The translations under genes and the position numbers were made by a program. A DNA stretch of 64,000 nucleotides from Patescibacteria group bacterium (GTDB lineage: Bacteria > Patescibacteriota > Patescibacteriia > Magasanikbacterales > UBA922): contig JBAZIZ010000003.1 in the NCBI GenBank assembly GCA_041651535.1, positions 83,357 through 147,356 on the forward strand, written 5' to 3'. The notes beneath the pieces were generated by a model that worked only from the letters and a program-made list of their open reading frames with translations, ran no database searches and was not told where the DNA came from. Each line of letters starts with the position of its first letter. The stretch's first letter is position 1. This document shows, one piece after another, positions 28,100-37,760 of this stretch.

Positions 28100-30355
28100 A
28101 TGCCAAAATTAATTATTGTTGAATCACCTACTAAAGCAAAAACAATTTCTAAATTTTTAGGAAATTCTTATATTGTAGAATCTTCTTTTGGTCATTTACG
28201 TGATTTACCAAAAAGTCGTATGGGAATAAATATTGAAGATGGTAGTTTTGAACCAGAATATATAAATTCACGAGATAGAAGTGCACAAATAAAAAAACTA
28301 AAAGAATTGGCAAAAAAATCTTCAGAAATAATATTTGCAACTGATGAGGACCGTGAAGGAGAAGCTATTTCTTGGCATTTAGCTCATATTTTTAATGTAG
28401 AACCAAAAGAAGCAAAAAGAATAGTTTTTCATGAAATTACTAAACATGCTATTGAAGAAGCTTTAAAAAATCCACGCGGAATTGACCAGCAATTGGTTGA
28501 TGCTCAACAAGCTCGTCGTATTTTAGATAGACTAGTTGGTTATGAACTTTCACCTTTTTTATGGAAAAAAGTGGCCCGTGGTTTATCAGCTGGACGTGTT
28601 CAATCAGTAGCTGTTCGTCTGATTGTTGAAAGAGAAAAAGAAAGAGATAATTTTATTAGTGAAGAATATTGGACATTAGAAGCAAATTTTAAAAAAAATG
28701 ATTATTCTTTTACAGCTAAACTCAGTAAAAAAGATGAAAAAACTATCAAAAAAATGGATATCAAAAATGAACAGCAAGTAAATGAAATTATTTCTGAATT
28801 GAAAAATGTTGACTATTTAGTAAAACAAATTGAAAAAAAAGAAATTCAAAAAAATCCTTATCCTCCTTTTACAACTTCTACTTTGCAACAACAAGCTAGT
28901 AATAAACTTGGTTTTTCTGCTAAACAAACTATGCGTATTGCCCAACAGCTTTATGAAGGTGTAAAAATTCCTGGAATTGGACAAGTTGGTTTGATTACTT
29001 ATATGCGTACCGACTCTTTAAATTTATCAGAAAAATTTATAACTGAAGCGGGAGATTTTATCAATAAAAATTTTGGTGAAAACTATTTTGTCAAAACAGG
29101 TCGTCATTACAAAACAAAAAGTAAAGGAGCACAAGAAGCTCACGAAGCAATCCGACCAACTTTTGCTGACAAAAGTCCAGAATCAATAAAAGATTTTCTA
29201 GAAACAAATCAATATAAACTTTATAAATTAATTTGGAATCGGGCTTTAGCTAGTCAAATGACAGCAGCTAGATTAGACAAAACTGATGTTGACATAAGTG
29301 CTGGAAAATATACTTTTAAATTAAGTGGCCAAACACTCGTATTTGCTGGTTGGTTATCTTTATATCCTGAAACACAAAAAGAAGAAAATTTACCAGAATT
29401 AAAAATAACAGAAAAATTATTTTGTGAAAAATTAGATCCAAAACAACATTTTACCGAAGCTCCAGCTAGATACAGCGACGCTAGTTTAATCAAAATAATG
29501 GAAGAATATGGTATTGGACGACCTTCTACTTATGCTCCAACAATTTCTACAATTGAAAGTCGTGGTTATGTAGCGAGAGATGAAAATAAAAAATTATATC
29601 CAAAAGATATTGCTTTTTTAGTAAATGATTTATTAGAAAAAAACTTTGAACAAATAGTTGATTATAAATTTACTGCAAAAATGGAACAAAATCTAGATGA
29701 AATTGCTGCTGGAAAAAAACATTGGCAACCAATTATTTCTACTTTTTATCATCCTTTTCATGAAAATCTTACAAACAAAATGTCAGAGATGACAAAAGAA
29801 AAAATTTCTCAAGAAAAAGAATTAGGCATTGATCCAAAAACTGGAAAAGTGGTTTCTATAAAAATTGGACGTTATGGACCTTATGTCCAACTTGGTGAAA
29901 AAACTGATTCAGAAAAACCAAAATTTGCTTCTATTCCTAAAGATCGAGGTATGAATTCTATTGAATTAGATGAGGCTTTAACTTTTTTAAGTTTACCAAA
30001 AAATCTTGGCAAAGATTTGCTTGGACGTGAAATTATTGTTAATATTGGCAGATTTGGACCTTATGTTCAAATTGAAAAACAATATTTTTCTTTAAAAGAC
30101 AAGGATCCTTATTCACTGACTTTAGGCGAAGCTTTACAAATAGTCCAAGAAAATACAGAAAAAAATAATCAAAAAATAATCAAAGAATTTGCTGATTCAG
30201 AAATAAAAATATTAAATGGACGATTTGGACCTTATGTAACTGATAAAAAAATAAATGTTACTGTGCCAAAAAAAATGAAACCAGAAGATTTGACTCTTGC
30301 AGAATGTGAAGAACTTATAAAAAATAAAAAAACAAAAAAGACCGGAAAAAAATAA
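28100..30355 (+). CDS. topA: DNA topoisomerase I
   Basis: 751 aa. TOPRIM N-terminus MPKLIIVESPTKAKTISKFLG, catalytic region, and three C-terminal GRFGPYVQ/GRYGPYVQ repeats. Confidence 0.95.
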   Translation: MPKLIIVESPTKAKTISKFLGNSYIVESSFGHLRDLPKSRMGINIEDGSFEPEYINSRDRSAQIKKLKELAKKSSEIIFATDEDREGEAISWHLAHIFNVEPKEAKRIVFHEITKHAIEEALKNPRGIDQQLVDAQQARRILDRLVGYELSPFLWKKVARGLSAGRVQSVAVRLIVEREKERDNFISEEYWTLEANFKKNDYSFTAKLSKKDEKTIKKMDIKNEQQVNEIISELKNVDYLVKQIEKKEIQKNPYPPFTTSTLQQQASNKLGFSAKQTMRIAQQLYEGVKIPGIGQVGLITYMRTDSLNLSEKFITEAGDFINKNFGENYFVKTGRHYKTKSKGAQEAHEAIRPTFADKSPESIKDFLETNQYKLYKLIWNRALASQMTAARLDKTDVDISAGKYTFKLSGQTLVFAGWLSLYPETQKEENLPELKITEKLFCEKLDPKQHFTEAPARYSDASLIKIMEEYGIGRPSTYAPTISTIESRGYVARDENKKLYPKDIAFLVNDLLEKNFEQIVDYKFTAKMEQNLDEIAAGKKHWQPIISTFYHPFHENLTNKMSEMTKEKISQEKELGIDPKTGKVVSIKIGRYGPYVQLGEKTDSEKPKFASIPKDRGMNSIELDEALTFLSLPKNLGKDLLGREIIVNIGRFGPYVQIEKQYFSLKDKDPYSLTLGEALQIVQENTEKNNQKIIKEFADSEIKILNGRFGPYVTDKKINVTVPKKMKPEDLTLAECEELIKNKKTKKTGKK

Positions 30356-30470
30356 TCGGTCTTCTTTGTGTAGCAAGAGAGCTAACCTAAATGCCTTTGG
30401 TAATAAAAAGGTGCTCTACTCGCTACATTGGACATTATAACAATAAACACAAAAAAATCAAGACAAAAAG

Positions 30471-30506
30471 AAAACCCCGATCTAAGCGATGGGGGTTTTC
30501 TTTTTT
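30471..30506 (+). terminator. Rho-independent terminator after topA
   Basis: AAAACCCCGAT-(loop)-ATGGGGGTTTT stem followed by CTTTTTT. Confidence 0.6.
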
Positions 30507-30557
30507 AAGCATTTAAGGTTTCTACCTTCTTATTACAAAGCTATAATAGCATATTTT

Positions 30558-31127
30558 TTAGCTTTTGTCAAGAGTAGCTAATTCTTTATCAATTATTTTT
30601 TTCATAAATAACACTGTTTCTTTTAGATGACCTTGTCGATTTGTAATCTGGTAATTATAATTTTTTGCTTGTTTGAGCTCTTTTTTTGCGATTTTTAATC
30701 TTTCAGCAATTTGTTTTTTATCCAAACCTCCACGATTTTTTATTCTTTCTTCTAAAGCTTGTAAACTATCAGGCAATAAGAAAAAAGATAAATGTTTTAT
30801 TTTTTCTCGATCAAAAGATTTTTTACCATTAACATCAATCTGTACAAAAACAATTTTATTTTTTTCTATTTTTTCAAACAATTGTTTTTTTTCCACACCA
30901 TAATAATTTCCGTTATAGAAATTATATTCAATTAATTCATGGTTTTTTATTTTATTTTCAAAATCAGTTTTACTAACAAAAAAATAATCTTGACCATCTT
31001 TTTCTTTTTCTCGTGGTTGACGAGAAGTTGTGTTAACTGATAAACAAGATTTTTTATAAATCTTTTTTAATTCTCTTAAGACAGTATTTTTTCCTCCGCC
31101 AGAAGGAGAGGAAACTATAATTATCAT
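30558..31127 (-). CDS. gmk: Guanylate kinase
   Basis: 189 aa. P-loop SSPSGGGKNT and the SVNTTSRQPREKEKDGQDYFFVS motif. Confidence 0.85.
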   Translation of the reverse strand: MIIIVSSPSGGGKNTVLRELKKIYKKSCLSVNTTSRQPREKEKDGQDYFFVSKTDFENKIKNHELIEYNFYNGNYYGVEKKQLFEKIEKNKIVFVQIDVNGKKSFDREKIKHLSFFLLPDSLQALEERIKNRGGLDKKQIAERLKIAKKELKQAKNYNYQITNRQGHLKETVLFMKKIIDKELATLDKS

Positions 31128-31130
31128 AAA

Positions 31131-32147
31131 TTATTTTTTTAAAGTTGCTAAAAAAGTAATGAGATCTTTAGCTAAAGGTATTTCAACATCAACTGTTTCA
31201 CCATTTAAATCCGCAAAAGCTAATTTATAAGCTTGTAAAAAAAGACGTCCTAATTGGTTATCAACTTTTTTAATTAATTTTCTATTTAAATATAATTCAT
31301 CACCAACCACTGGATGATTACTAGCAAACATATGAACACGAATTTGATGTGTACGTCCACTGTGGATCTGCACATCAAGTAAACTAAATCTAGCAAATTT
31401 TTTATCTAAATAAAATTCAGTTAAAGCTTCTTTACCTTTTTGAATTTTTGTAACATTTTTTAATTTTAATTTATCAATTTTTGGTCGACAAACCATTTTT
31501 GCTTTTGATCGATCAATTTCAAAATCAATTCTATCATGTTCTTTTTCAAAATGGCCGTAAACTAAAACTTTGTATTTTTTTTCTACAGTTTTATCTTGAA
31601 ATTGTTTTTTAAAAAAATCAAAAGCTTTTTGATTTTTTGCAATCAATAATAAACCAGAAGCCTCTTTATCTAATCGATGAACAATACCAGGTCGATCTTT
31701 ATTTTCACCAACATTTTTTATATTTGGATATTTTTTTAATAACCAAGTTATCAATGTATTTTTTTCTCCAGCACTTGTCGGGTGAACAAGTAAACCAGCT
31801 GGTTTATCAATAATTAAAAAATCAGAAGTTTCTTTTATGATTTTGATTTCCGAAAAAAGCTTTTGTTCTGTATCTTTTTTGTCTTTTGAAATTTTAGGTT
31901 CTTGGTGAAATTCCAAAATATCTCCAGTTTTAATCCGATCACCAGCTTTTTTTGGTTTTTTACCATTTAAAGTTAATAAACCTTCATCTATCATTTTTTT
32001 TGCTTGTGAACGAGGCAAATTTAAAATCTCAGCTAAAAAAATATCTAATCTTTTATCTTGAACATCTTTTGGAATTAAAATTTTTTTATTATTCATATGT
32101 TTTTTCTTGATAAAAATCATTATATAGAAAAAGACTTGAAAAAGCAA
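31131..32147 (-). CDS. rluD: 23S rRNA pseudouridine synthase, RluA/RluD family
   Basis: 338 aa. S4 domain (KRLDIFLAEIL...RSQAKKMIDEGLLTLNGKK) and catalytic HRLDKEASGLLLIAKN. Confidence 0.85.
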   Translation of the reverse strand: MLFQVFFYIMIFIKKKHMNNKKILIPKDVQDKRLDIFLAEILNLPRSQAKKMIDEGLLTLNGKKPKKAGDRIKTGDILEFHQEPKISKDKKDTEQKLFSEIKIIKETSDFLIIDKPAGLLVHPTSAGEKNTLITWLLKKYPNIKNVGENKDRPGIVHRLDKEASGLLLIAKNQKAFDFFKKQFQDKTVEKKYKVLVYGHFEKEHDRIDFEIDRSKAKMVCRPKIDKLKLKNVTKIQKGKEALTEFYLDKKFARFSLLDVQIHSGRTHQIRVHMFASNHPVVGDELYLNRKLIKKVDNQLGRLFLQAYKLAFADLNGETVDVEIPLAKDLITFLATLKK

Positions 32148-32164
32148 ATGAAATCTGCTACAAT
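32136..32164 (+). promoter_or_regulatory. Sigma70 promoter (TTGAAA, 17 nt, TACAAT) for tRNA-Ile
   Basis: TTGAAA at 32136..32141, a 17-nt spacer, TACAAT at 32159..32164. The tRNA starts ~20 nt downstream. Confidence 0.5.
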
Positions 32165-32183
32165 ATTTTTATCATTTACAAAT

Positions 32184-32257
32184 GGGTCAGTAGCTCAGTC
32201 GGTTAGAGCACAGCGCTTATAACGCTGGGGTCGGTGGTTCAAGTCCACCCTGACCTA
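32184..32257 (+). tRNA. tRNA-Ile with genomically encoded anticodon UAU (TAT)
   Basis: GGGTCAG-TA-GCTC-AGTCGGTTA-GAGC-A-CAGCG-CTTATAA-CGCTG-GGGTC-GGTGG-TTCAAGT-CCACC-CTGACCT-A. 74 nt, canonical cloverleaf. The D and T arms are like bacterial tRNA-Ile. Anticodon loop is CT-TAT-AA. Confidence 0.8.
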
Positions 32258-32625
32258 CACAAAAAATTCGCCATAAACGAATTTTTTTATTTTTTCAAAA
32301 AAAGTTAAAAATAAAATTAAAATTATAAAAAATAATTTATGAATTTTTTTATGATTTAAAAAAATATTTTTTTAAAAAAGAAAAATTTTTTTTCAAAAAA
32401 TAAAAGTTATACACAGTGAATCACAAAAAGTATTTAAAATTTTTCAAAAAAACTTTATACTATATTTATAAAGGTCGTTATAAAAAAAATATAAAAAATT
32501 TTACGCCGATGCTTGTCGTGTAAAATTCTTCTAATGTTTATTCGATGTAAATTTGGTGTGTGCCATGGTTACATCAAAATATTAAATAAACATTTTTATC
32601 TTAAAAAAGAAAAGGGGTGAATTAT

Positions 32626-32769
32626 ATGCCTACAAAGAAAAAAGCTGTAAAAAAAGTTGCTAAGAAAAAAGTTGCTAAGAAAAAAGTAGCAAAAAAAGCA
32701 GTTAAGAAAGTTGCTAAGAAAAAAGTAGCAAAAAAAACTGCTAAGAAAAAAGTTGCTAAGAAAAAATAG
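32626..32769 (+). CDS. Small Lys/Ala-repeat basic protein (47 aa), histone H1/Hc1-like nucleoid-associated protein candidate; absent from supplied ORF track
   Basis: Strong SD AAAAGGGGTGA 6 nt before ATG 32626. Sequence is MPTKKKAVKKVAKKKVAKKKVAKKAVKKVAKKKVAKKTAKKKVAKKK*. A terminator follows. Confidence 0.55.
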   Translation: MPTKKKAVKKVAKKKVAKKKVAKKAVKKVAKKKVAKKTAKKKVAKKK

Positions 32770-32784
32770 TTTCTTACCACAAAC

Positions 32785-32812
32785 AAAAATACTCCTCTAT
32801 AGGAGTGTTTTT
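32785..32812. terminator. Bidirectional rho-independent terminator
   Basis: AAAAATACTCC-TCTAT-AGGAGTGTTTTT with a T-run on the plus side and an A-run on the other. Serves the KA-repeat gene and the convergent PHP-domain gene. Confidence 0.6.
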
Positions 32813-32828
32813 GTTTTTTTATAAAAAA

Positions 32829-34103
32829 TTAAAGTTCTAAACTTAAATTTTTATCTTTTCTTTTTTCATCAGAAAAAACTTTTACTATTCCAAAAACTCC
32901 ATCATAACCTGGTTTAACAAAAATATTTCCTTTTCTTACTCTATCGATAGCCTCAGCAATTTTTTCACTCTCAATTTTTTTTATTTTTTCTAAATCAGCT
33001 TCAAGTAAAATGTAAAATTCGTTACCAATATTTTTTAATAAATTTTCATAAGTATTTAAAACTATTTTACTCACAACTCCTTTTTCCAAAGTATCCGCAA
33101 TAATTTCTATAAGAGGTACTAAATTTTGAAAAGGAATTTTTTCTTTACTGATGTTTTGAATTTCTTTTTCCCCACGATCACTGAGCTCCGCTAATCTATT
33201 ACTTACTCCTAAAACTAATTTCTTTTTACAAATTGGACAAATATTTTTATATTTCAAACTTTCTTCTGGAGAACAAACAAAATTACAATCTTTATGTCCA
33301 TCAAAATGATATTTTCCTTCTTCAGGATAAAACTCTATTGTTTTTAAAAACTTTTTCTTGTCACGTTTTTTCAAAATAGAAAAAATTTCATTATAATTTA
33401 TATCTTGTTCATTAATAAATTGAAAAACATTAGCTTCTCGTCCTAATTTTTGTAGACTATGGGCATCAGAATTTGAAACTAAAGAAAATTTATCTAAAGA
33501 TGACCAATGCCAATTCATAAGTGGATCACTGGATAAGCCAGTTTCTAATGCAAAAATTTCTGAGCTCATTTCTTCAAAACAATCTTCAATACTATCATAA
33601 CCACTTTTGGAACCAAAAAGTCCAAACCAAGGAGTCCAAATATGTGCTGGAATCATTTGCATTCTTGAATCAATTTTTTTTATAAAAATTAAAAGTTCTT
33701 TTGCAGTCATTCCTAAAATAGGGCGGCCATCTGATCTAAGATTAAAACCGTTTTTTTCTAATTCATTATTAAATTTTTCTACAATTTGTAAATTTGGAGC
33801 AAAAATACATAAGTGCAGACGGCGACAAAAATCTTTATGTTTTTTAATACAAGCAATTTCTGTACCTAAAATAAATTTTGTCTTTGATTGTTTATTTTTT
33901 AATTCAAAAATTCCAGTATCCGCAATTTCTTTTAAATTTTCTTTTAAATGACTAAACCAAGCAGGATGTGTAAAATCACCTGTGGCAATAATATCTATTC
34001 CTTTTTTTTCACAAGCTTGGGCAATTTTTGGCAATTCTAAATCACGACTACAAGCACGAGAATATCTGGAATGAATATGTAAATCCAAAATTTGTCTGAT
34101 CAT
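32829..34103 (-). CDS. PHP-domain nuclease, endonuclease Q-like (TIGR00375 family)
   Basis: 424 aa. N-terminal DLHIHSRYSRACS PHP metal-binding motif and a C-terminal zinc-finger-like CPICKKK segment. Confidence 0.55.
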   Translation of the reverse strand: MIRQILDLHIHSRYSRACSRDLELPKIAQACEKKGIDIIATGDFTHPAWFSHLKENLKEIADTGIFELKNKQSKTKFILGTEIACIKKHKDFCRRLHLCIFAPNLQIVEKFNNELEKNGFNLRSDGRPILGMTAKELLIFIKKIDSRMQMIPAHIWTPWFGLFGSKSGYDSIEDCFEEMSSEIFALETGLSSDPLMNWHWSSLDKFSLVSNSDAHSLQKLGREANVFQFINEQDINYNEIFSILKKRDKKKFLKTIEFYPEEGKYHFDGHKDCNFVCSPEESLKYKNICPICKKKLVLGVSNRLAELSDRGEKEIQNISKEKIPFQNLVPLIEIIADTLEKGVVSKIVLNTYENLLKNIGNEFYILLEADLEKIKKIESEKIAEAIDRVRKGNIFVKPGYDGVFGIVKVFSDEKRKDKNLSLEL

Positions 34104-34175
34104 ATTTCAAAAATTCAAAAATTCTTATATAATGTTTATATAGATTAACATAAAAATATTAAAGCGACAATATTT

Positions 34176-34682
34176 ATGAAACAAAAAATCGTTGTCAATG
34201 ATAAAATGCAAAAAAACTACATTTATTATCGCACGGAAAAAATGGGAAAAAATTTTGCGCCTGAATTTAAACCAGAATTAAGCCCAAAAAAAATGTTAGC
34301 GCTTGGAGTTTTTGGTGGAAAATATATGACTGATTGTGGCAAAGAATTTCCGGCTGATTGGTTTACCAAAGCAAAATTATCTCCACAGAAAAAAGATAAG
34401 AATATAAATTATTTTAAAAAAGATGCTTCCTTACCTTTATCTTATTGGATAAAAAAAGGTTGGATTTATCATGAAGATCCACGTGGTTGGTTCCAATGGT
34501 ATTGTCGTTATTATTCAGGAAGAAGAATTGAAGTAGAAGACAAAAGACAAATCAAACGTTGGCAAGCATTCAAAAGACATCGCACAGCGATTATGAAAAA
34601 TTGTGAAGCAAAAGATTTTTCTTGTCGTCCAAAACAAAGACAAGCGATTTTACATTGGGCGTATGATGCGAGGAAAATATAG
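34176..34682 (+). CDS. Hypothetical conserved protein (168 aa), Trp/Arg-rich
   Basis: Motifs HEDPRGWFQWYCRYYSGRR...DDKRQIKRWQAFKRHR. No family confidently recognised. Confidence 0.5.
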   Translation: MKQKIVVNDKMQKNYIYYRTEKMGKNFAPEFKPELSPKKMLALGVFGGKYMTDCGKEFPADWFTKAKLSPQKKDKNINYFKKDASLPLSYWIKKGWIYHEDPRGWFQWYCRYYSGRRIEVEDKRQIKRWQAFKRHRTAIMKNCEAKDFSCRPKQRQAILHWAYDARKI

Positions 34683-34742
34683 GAAAGTAAAAATTAAAAA
34701 ACAGTCTTAACACCAGACTGTTTTATTTTTTAATATTCTAAT

Positions 34743-35708
34743 TTACTCTTTAAACTTATTTATATATTCAATTGCTGAGAGAGCTGCGGTTGCGCCATGT
34801 CCAGAAGCAATAATAATTTGTTTAAAAGGTACATCAGTCACATCACCAGCAGCAAAAATTCCTTCACAATCAGTTTTACATTTTGTATCAACTTGAATTT
34901 CTCCAATTCTATTTTTTGAACCACAGGAAACAAAATCAGAATTTGGAATTTGACCAATATGAACCATCACGCCTTCAACTCCTAATTCTTTTTCTTCGTG
35001 AGTTTTTAAATCTTCATAAATTATTTTTTCGACAAAATCTTTACCAACAATTTTTTTCAAATTAGCATTATAAATTATTTCTATATTTTCTAAACTTTTT
35101 ACTTTATCAATCAAAATATCTTCAGCTCGAGGAAAACCGCCTTTATTTTCAATACTATTTTCATAAATTGTCATGATATAAGCTTTTTTGGCGATTGTTG
35201 ATAACATTAATACTGATTCTAAAGCTGAATTACCAGCTCCAACAGTAATTGTGGTTCTATTTCTAAATAATGGACCATCACAAACTGTACAATAAGTAAC
35301 TCCTCGTCCTCGAAATTCAGTTTCACCTTCAACTCCTAAAGTACGTGGATGAATTCCACTAGCAATTATGATTGCTTTGGTTTTATAAATTTTTTCTTCA
35401 TTAGCAAGATTAACAGCTTTAATAACATGAAACTTTCCTTCTTTTGTTAAAGATTCTACTCGGTAACCTTGGTCAATTTTTTGACCATAAGATTCAACAT
35501 GTTTTTGAAAATTTTGTGCCAATTCAAAACCAGAAATACTGATTATCCCTGGCCAGTTATTAACTTCTCCAGACAAAGCAACTTCGCCACCAATTTCTTG
35601 GGTAACTATTTTAAAATTCAAATTACGACGACAAGCATAAACTGCAGCTGAAAGTCCAGCGGCACTAGCACCAATTATAACCAAATCTAAAATTTCTTCA
35701 TTGTTCAT
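34743..35708 (-). CDS. trxB: Thioredoxin-disulfide reductase
   Basis: 321 aa. FAD-binding DLVIIGASAAGLSAA, redox CTVCDG, NAD(P)-binding GAGNSALE. Confidence 0.8.
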   Translation of the reverse strand: MNNEEILDLVIIGASAAGLSAAVYACRRNLNFKIVTQEIGGEVALSGEVNNWPGIISISGFELAQNFQKHVESYGQKIDQGYRVESLTKEGKFHVIKAVNLANEEKIYKTKAIIIASGIHPRTLGVEGETEFRGRGVTYCTVCDGPLFRNRTTITVGAGNSALESVLMLSTIAKKAYIMTIYENSIENKGGFPRAEDILIDKVKSLENIEIIYNANLKKIVGKDFVEKIIYEDLKTHEEKELGVEGVMVHIGQIPNSDFVSCGSKNRIGEIQVDTKCKTDCEGIFAAGDVTDVPFKQIIIASGHGATAALSAIEYINKFKE

Positions 35709-35751
35709 ATTTATACAAATTAAAATTATGTGTATGTATTTTATTACTATC

Positions 35752-36393
35752 TTATTTTTTCGTCAATTGTGTAAAAGTACGATAAGCTGTTTTTGGATCA
35801 TCAGCATCTAAAATCGCACTGCCTACACAAAGATTATCCGCTCCAGCTGAAATAATTTTTTGGATATTATATTCTTTTACTCCTCCATCAACCGAAACTA
35901 AAATATTTAAATTTTGTTTTTTAAAATTTTTTATTTTTCGCAAAACTTTGTTATCAAATTTTTGTCCTTGTTTTCCTGGCAAAACTCCCATAAAAACTAA
36001 AACATCAATATTTTTTAAATATTTTTTAATTTTACTTATTTTTGTATTTGGATTAAGCACCAGACCTAATTCCCATTTTTGTTTTTTACAAAAATTTATA
36101 ATCTCAACAAAATTATTTTCTTCTATAATTTCTGCATGAACTAAAATTCTTTTGACATTTTTAACGCTCGTCCATTTTTTTAAATAAACTAGAGGTTGTT
36201 TAACCATGAGATGAAGTTCAACTTTATTTTTTTCATTTTGTAAAAAAGATGGCTGTATATTATTTTTTGCTATTACAAATTTTCCATCAACAATATCAAT
36301 TTGGAATAAATTAACTTCTTTTTTTAAACTGTCAAATTGTTTTTGAAATTTTTTTTTGCTAAAAACAAAAATAGACGGGATTATTTTTGCCAT
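35752..36393 (-). CDS. rpe: Ribulose-phosphate 3-epimerase
   Basis: 213 aa TIM barrel. PSIF..., DIVDGKFV, LHLMV, MGVLPGKQGQKF, VDGGV, GADNLCVGSAI. Confidence 0.7.
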   Translation of the reverse strand: MAKIIPSIFVFSKKKFQKQFDSLKKEVNLFQIDIVDGKFVIAKNNIQPSFLQNEKNKVELHLMVKQPLVYLKKWTSVKNVKRILVHAEIIEENNFVEIINFCKKQKWELGLVLNPNTKISKIKKYLKNIDVLVFMGVLPGKQGQKFDNKVLRKIKNFKKQNLNILVSVDGGVKEYNIQKIISAGADNLCVGSAILDADDPKTAYRTFTQLTKK

Positions 36394-36394
36394 A

Positions 36395-37087
36395 TTATTT
36401 ATATTTTTTTTCTTCTATTTTTCCTAAAAAATAATCTTTGATATTTTCCAAATTATTTAAATCTATTTTTGTCTCCAAAAAAATAAGGCTATTTTCAATC
36501 GCTCGAATTTTATCTTTTATCTCGGCCACCAGATCTTCAAATTGGCAATTGTCTGCTAACTGTCGTAAATCACTAATTAATTTTTCCATTTCAATCATTT
36601 TTTGACGATAGGTTTCAATTTTTTGACGATATTTTTTTTCTTCTTTATGTAAAATAGTTTGAAAAACAAATTTTTTTATATCTTCTTTTATATCTAAAAG
36701 TAAATCACCAATTTTTTTTCTTTCCTCGCTTTCTAAAATAGACAAAGCTGTTCCAGAAAAAATATCTTCATAATTAACTCCTAATTCTTTTAACAAAAAA
36801 TATTTATCTTTTAAATCAGCTTCTAATCTTTGTCTTACAATTTTTTCTAGCATTTTTTCTTCATATTCATGATGAATTTCTGCAAAAGATACAAAATATG
36901 GCCAAACTGTTTTTCCAAATTTAGCAAAAATATTTTCCACTTCTTCAGCACTTAAATCATATTTTTTTTCAACTTCTGCTAAGGTTTTTTTTATTTCTAA
37001 ATCAATATCATCTGGAAAAAAAGGTGGTGGATTTCCAAAAATCTTTTTCAAAATTTGAATTGTATATTCGTGATTTTTATTAGTCAT
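36395..37087 (-). CDS. Hypothetical coiled-coil protein
   Basis: 230 aa, Glu/Lys-rich. No recognised motifs. Tightly packed (2-nt gap) within the trmH-exo-hyp-rpe-trxB gene string. Confidence 0.45.
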   Translation of the reverse strand: MTNKNHEYTIQILKKIFGNPPPFFPDDIDLEIKKTLAEVEKKYDLSAEEVENIFAKFGKTVWPYFVSFAEIHHEYEEKMLEKIVRQRLEADLKDKYFLLKELGVNYEDIFSGTALSILESEERKKIGDLLLDIKEDIKKFVFQTILHKEEKKYRQKIETYRQKMIEMEKLISDLRQLADNCQFEDLVAEIKDKIRAIENSLIFLETKIDLNNLENIKDYFLGKIEEKKYK

Positions 37088-37088
37088 A

Positions 37089-37754
37089 TTAAATATTTAT
37101 AAATTTTTCCCATTTTAAAAATAATTCTTTTGTAGCAAATAAATCTCCAGCACAATATTTGGCGATTTTTTCATATTCACCTTTTTTGTATAATGGAGCA
37201 ACTTCATGTCCATTTATTCCTTCACTTTTTGGTGATTTAATTTCAAAAGCTTTACAATAAAAATCTAAATTAAATTTGCGATAAGAATTATAAAAAGTTA
37301 ATTGTTCTAAAAGATCAATATGAACATTATTCGCATAACGATAAGGCATAAGATTACGACTAATTTTAACTCCAAGCATGGCAGATTTTAACATAAGTAC
37401 AGGACAATCAAATCCCCGACCGTTAAAAGTCACAAATCTATCAGCATATTTTATTGCTTGCCAAAATTTTTCTAAAATTTCTTTTTCTGTACCAATCGAA
37501 TATTTTATATTATTTTCTATCCAATCAGTTTTTTTGTTTTCTGATTGAAAATAAACTGCGCCTTTACCAGTTTCTGCCACAAGCATCCCAATGGCTACAA
37601 TTTTATTTGTTGGCGCCCAAAGAGCTAATTGGGTTAAAATTTTTTCTCGTTCATCTTCGTCTTCAGCAAATTTTAATAAATATTCTTTTTGGGTTTCATC
37701 AAACGAATCAAAATCAAGTGGAATTGTTTCTATATCAAAAATAACTGTCCTCAT
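37089..37754 (-). CDS. DEDDy 3'-5' exonuclease related to PolB exonuclease domain (RNase H-like fold)
   Basis: 221 aa. Exo I FDIETIP, exo II region, and YCAGD (YxxxD) exo III motif. Confidence 0.6.
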   Translation of the reverse strand: MRTVIFDIETIPLDFDSFDETQKEYLLKFAEDEDEREKILTQLALWAPTNKIVAIGMLVAETGKGAVYFQSENKKTDWIENNIKYSIGTEKEILEKFWQAIKYADRFVTFNGRGFDCPVLMLKSAMLGVKISRNLMPYRYANNVHIDLLEQLTFYNSYRKFNLDFYCKAFEIKSPKSEGINGHEVAPLYKKGEYEKIAKYCAGDLFATKELFLKWEKFINI

Positions 37755-37760
37755 ATTTTT

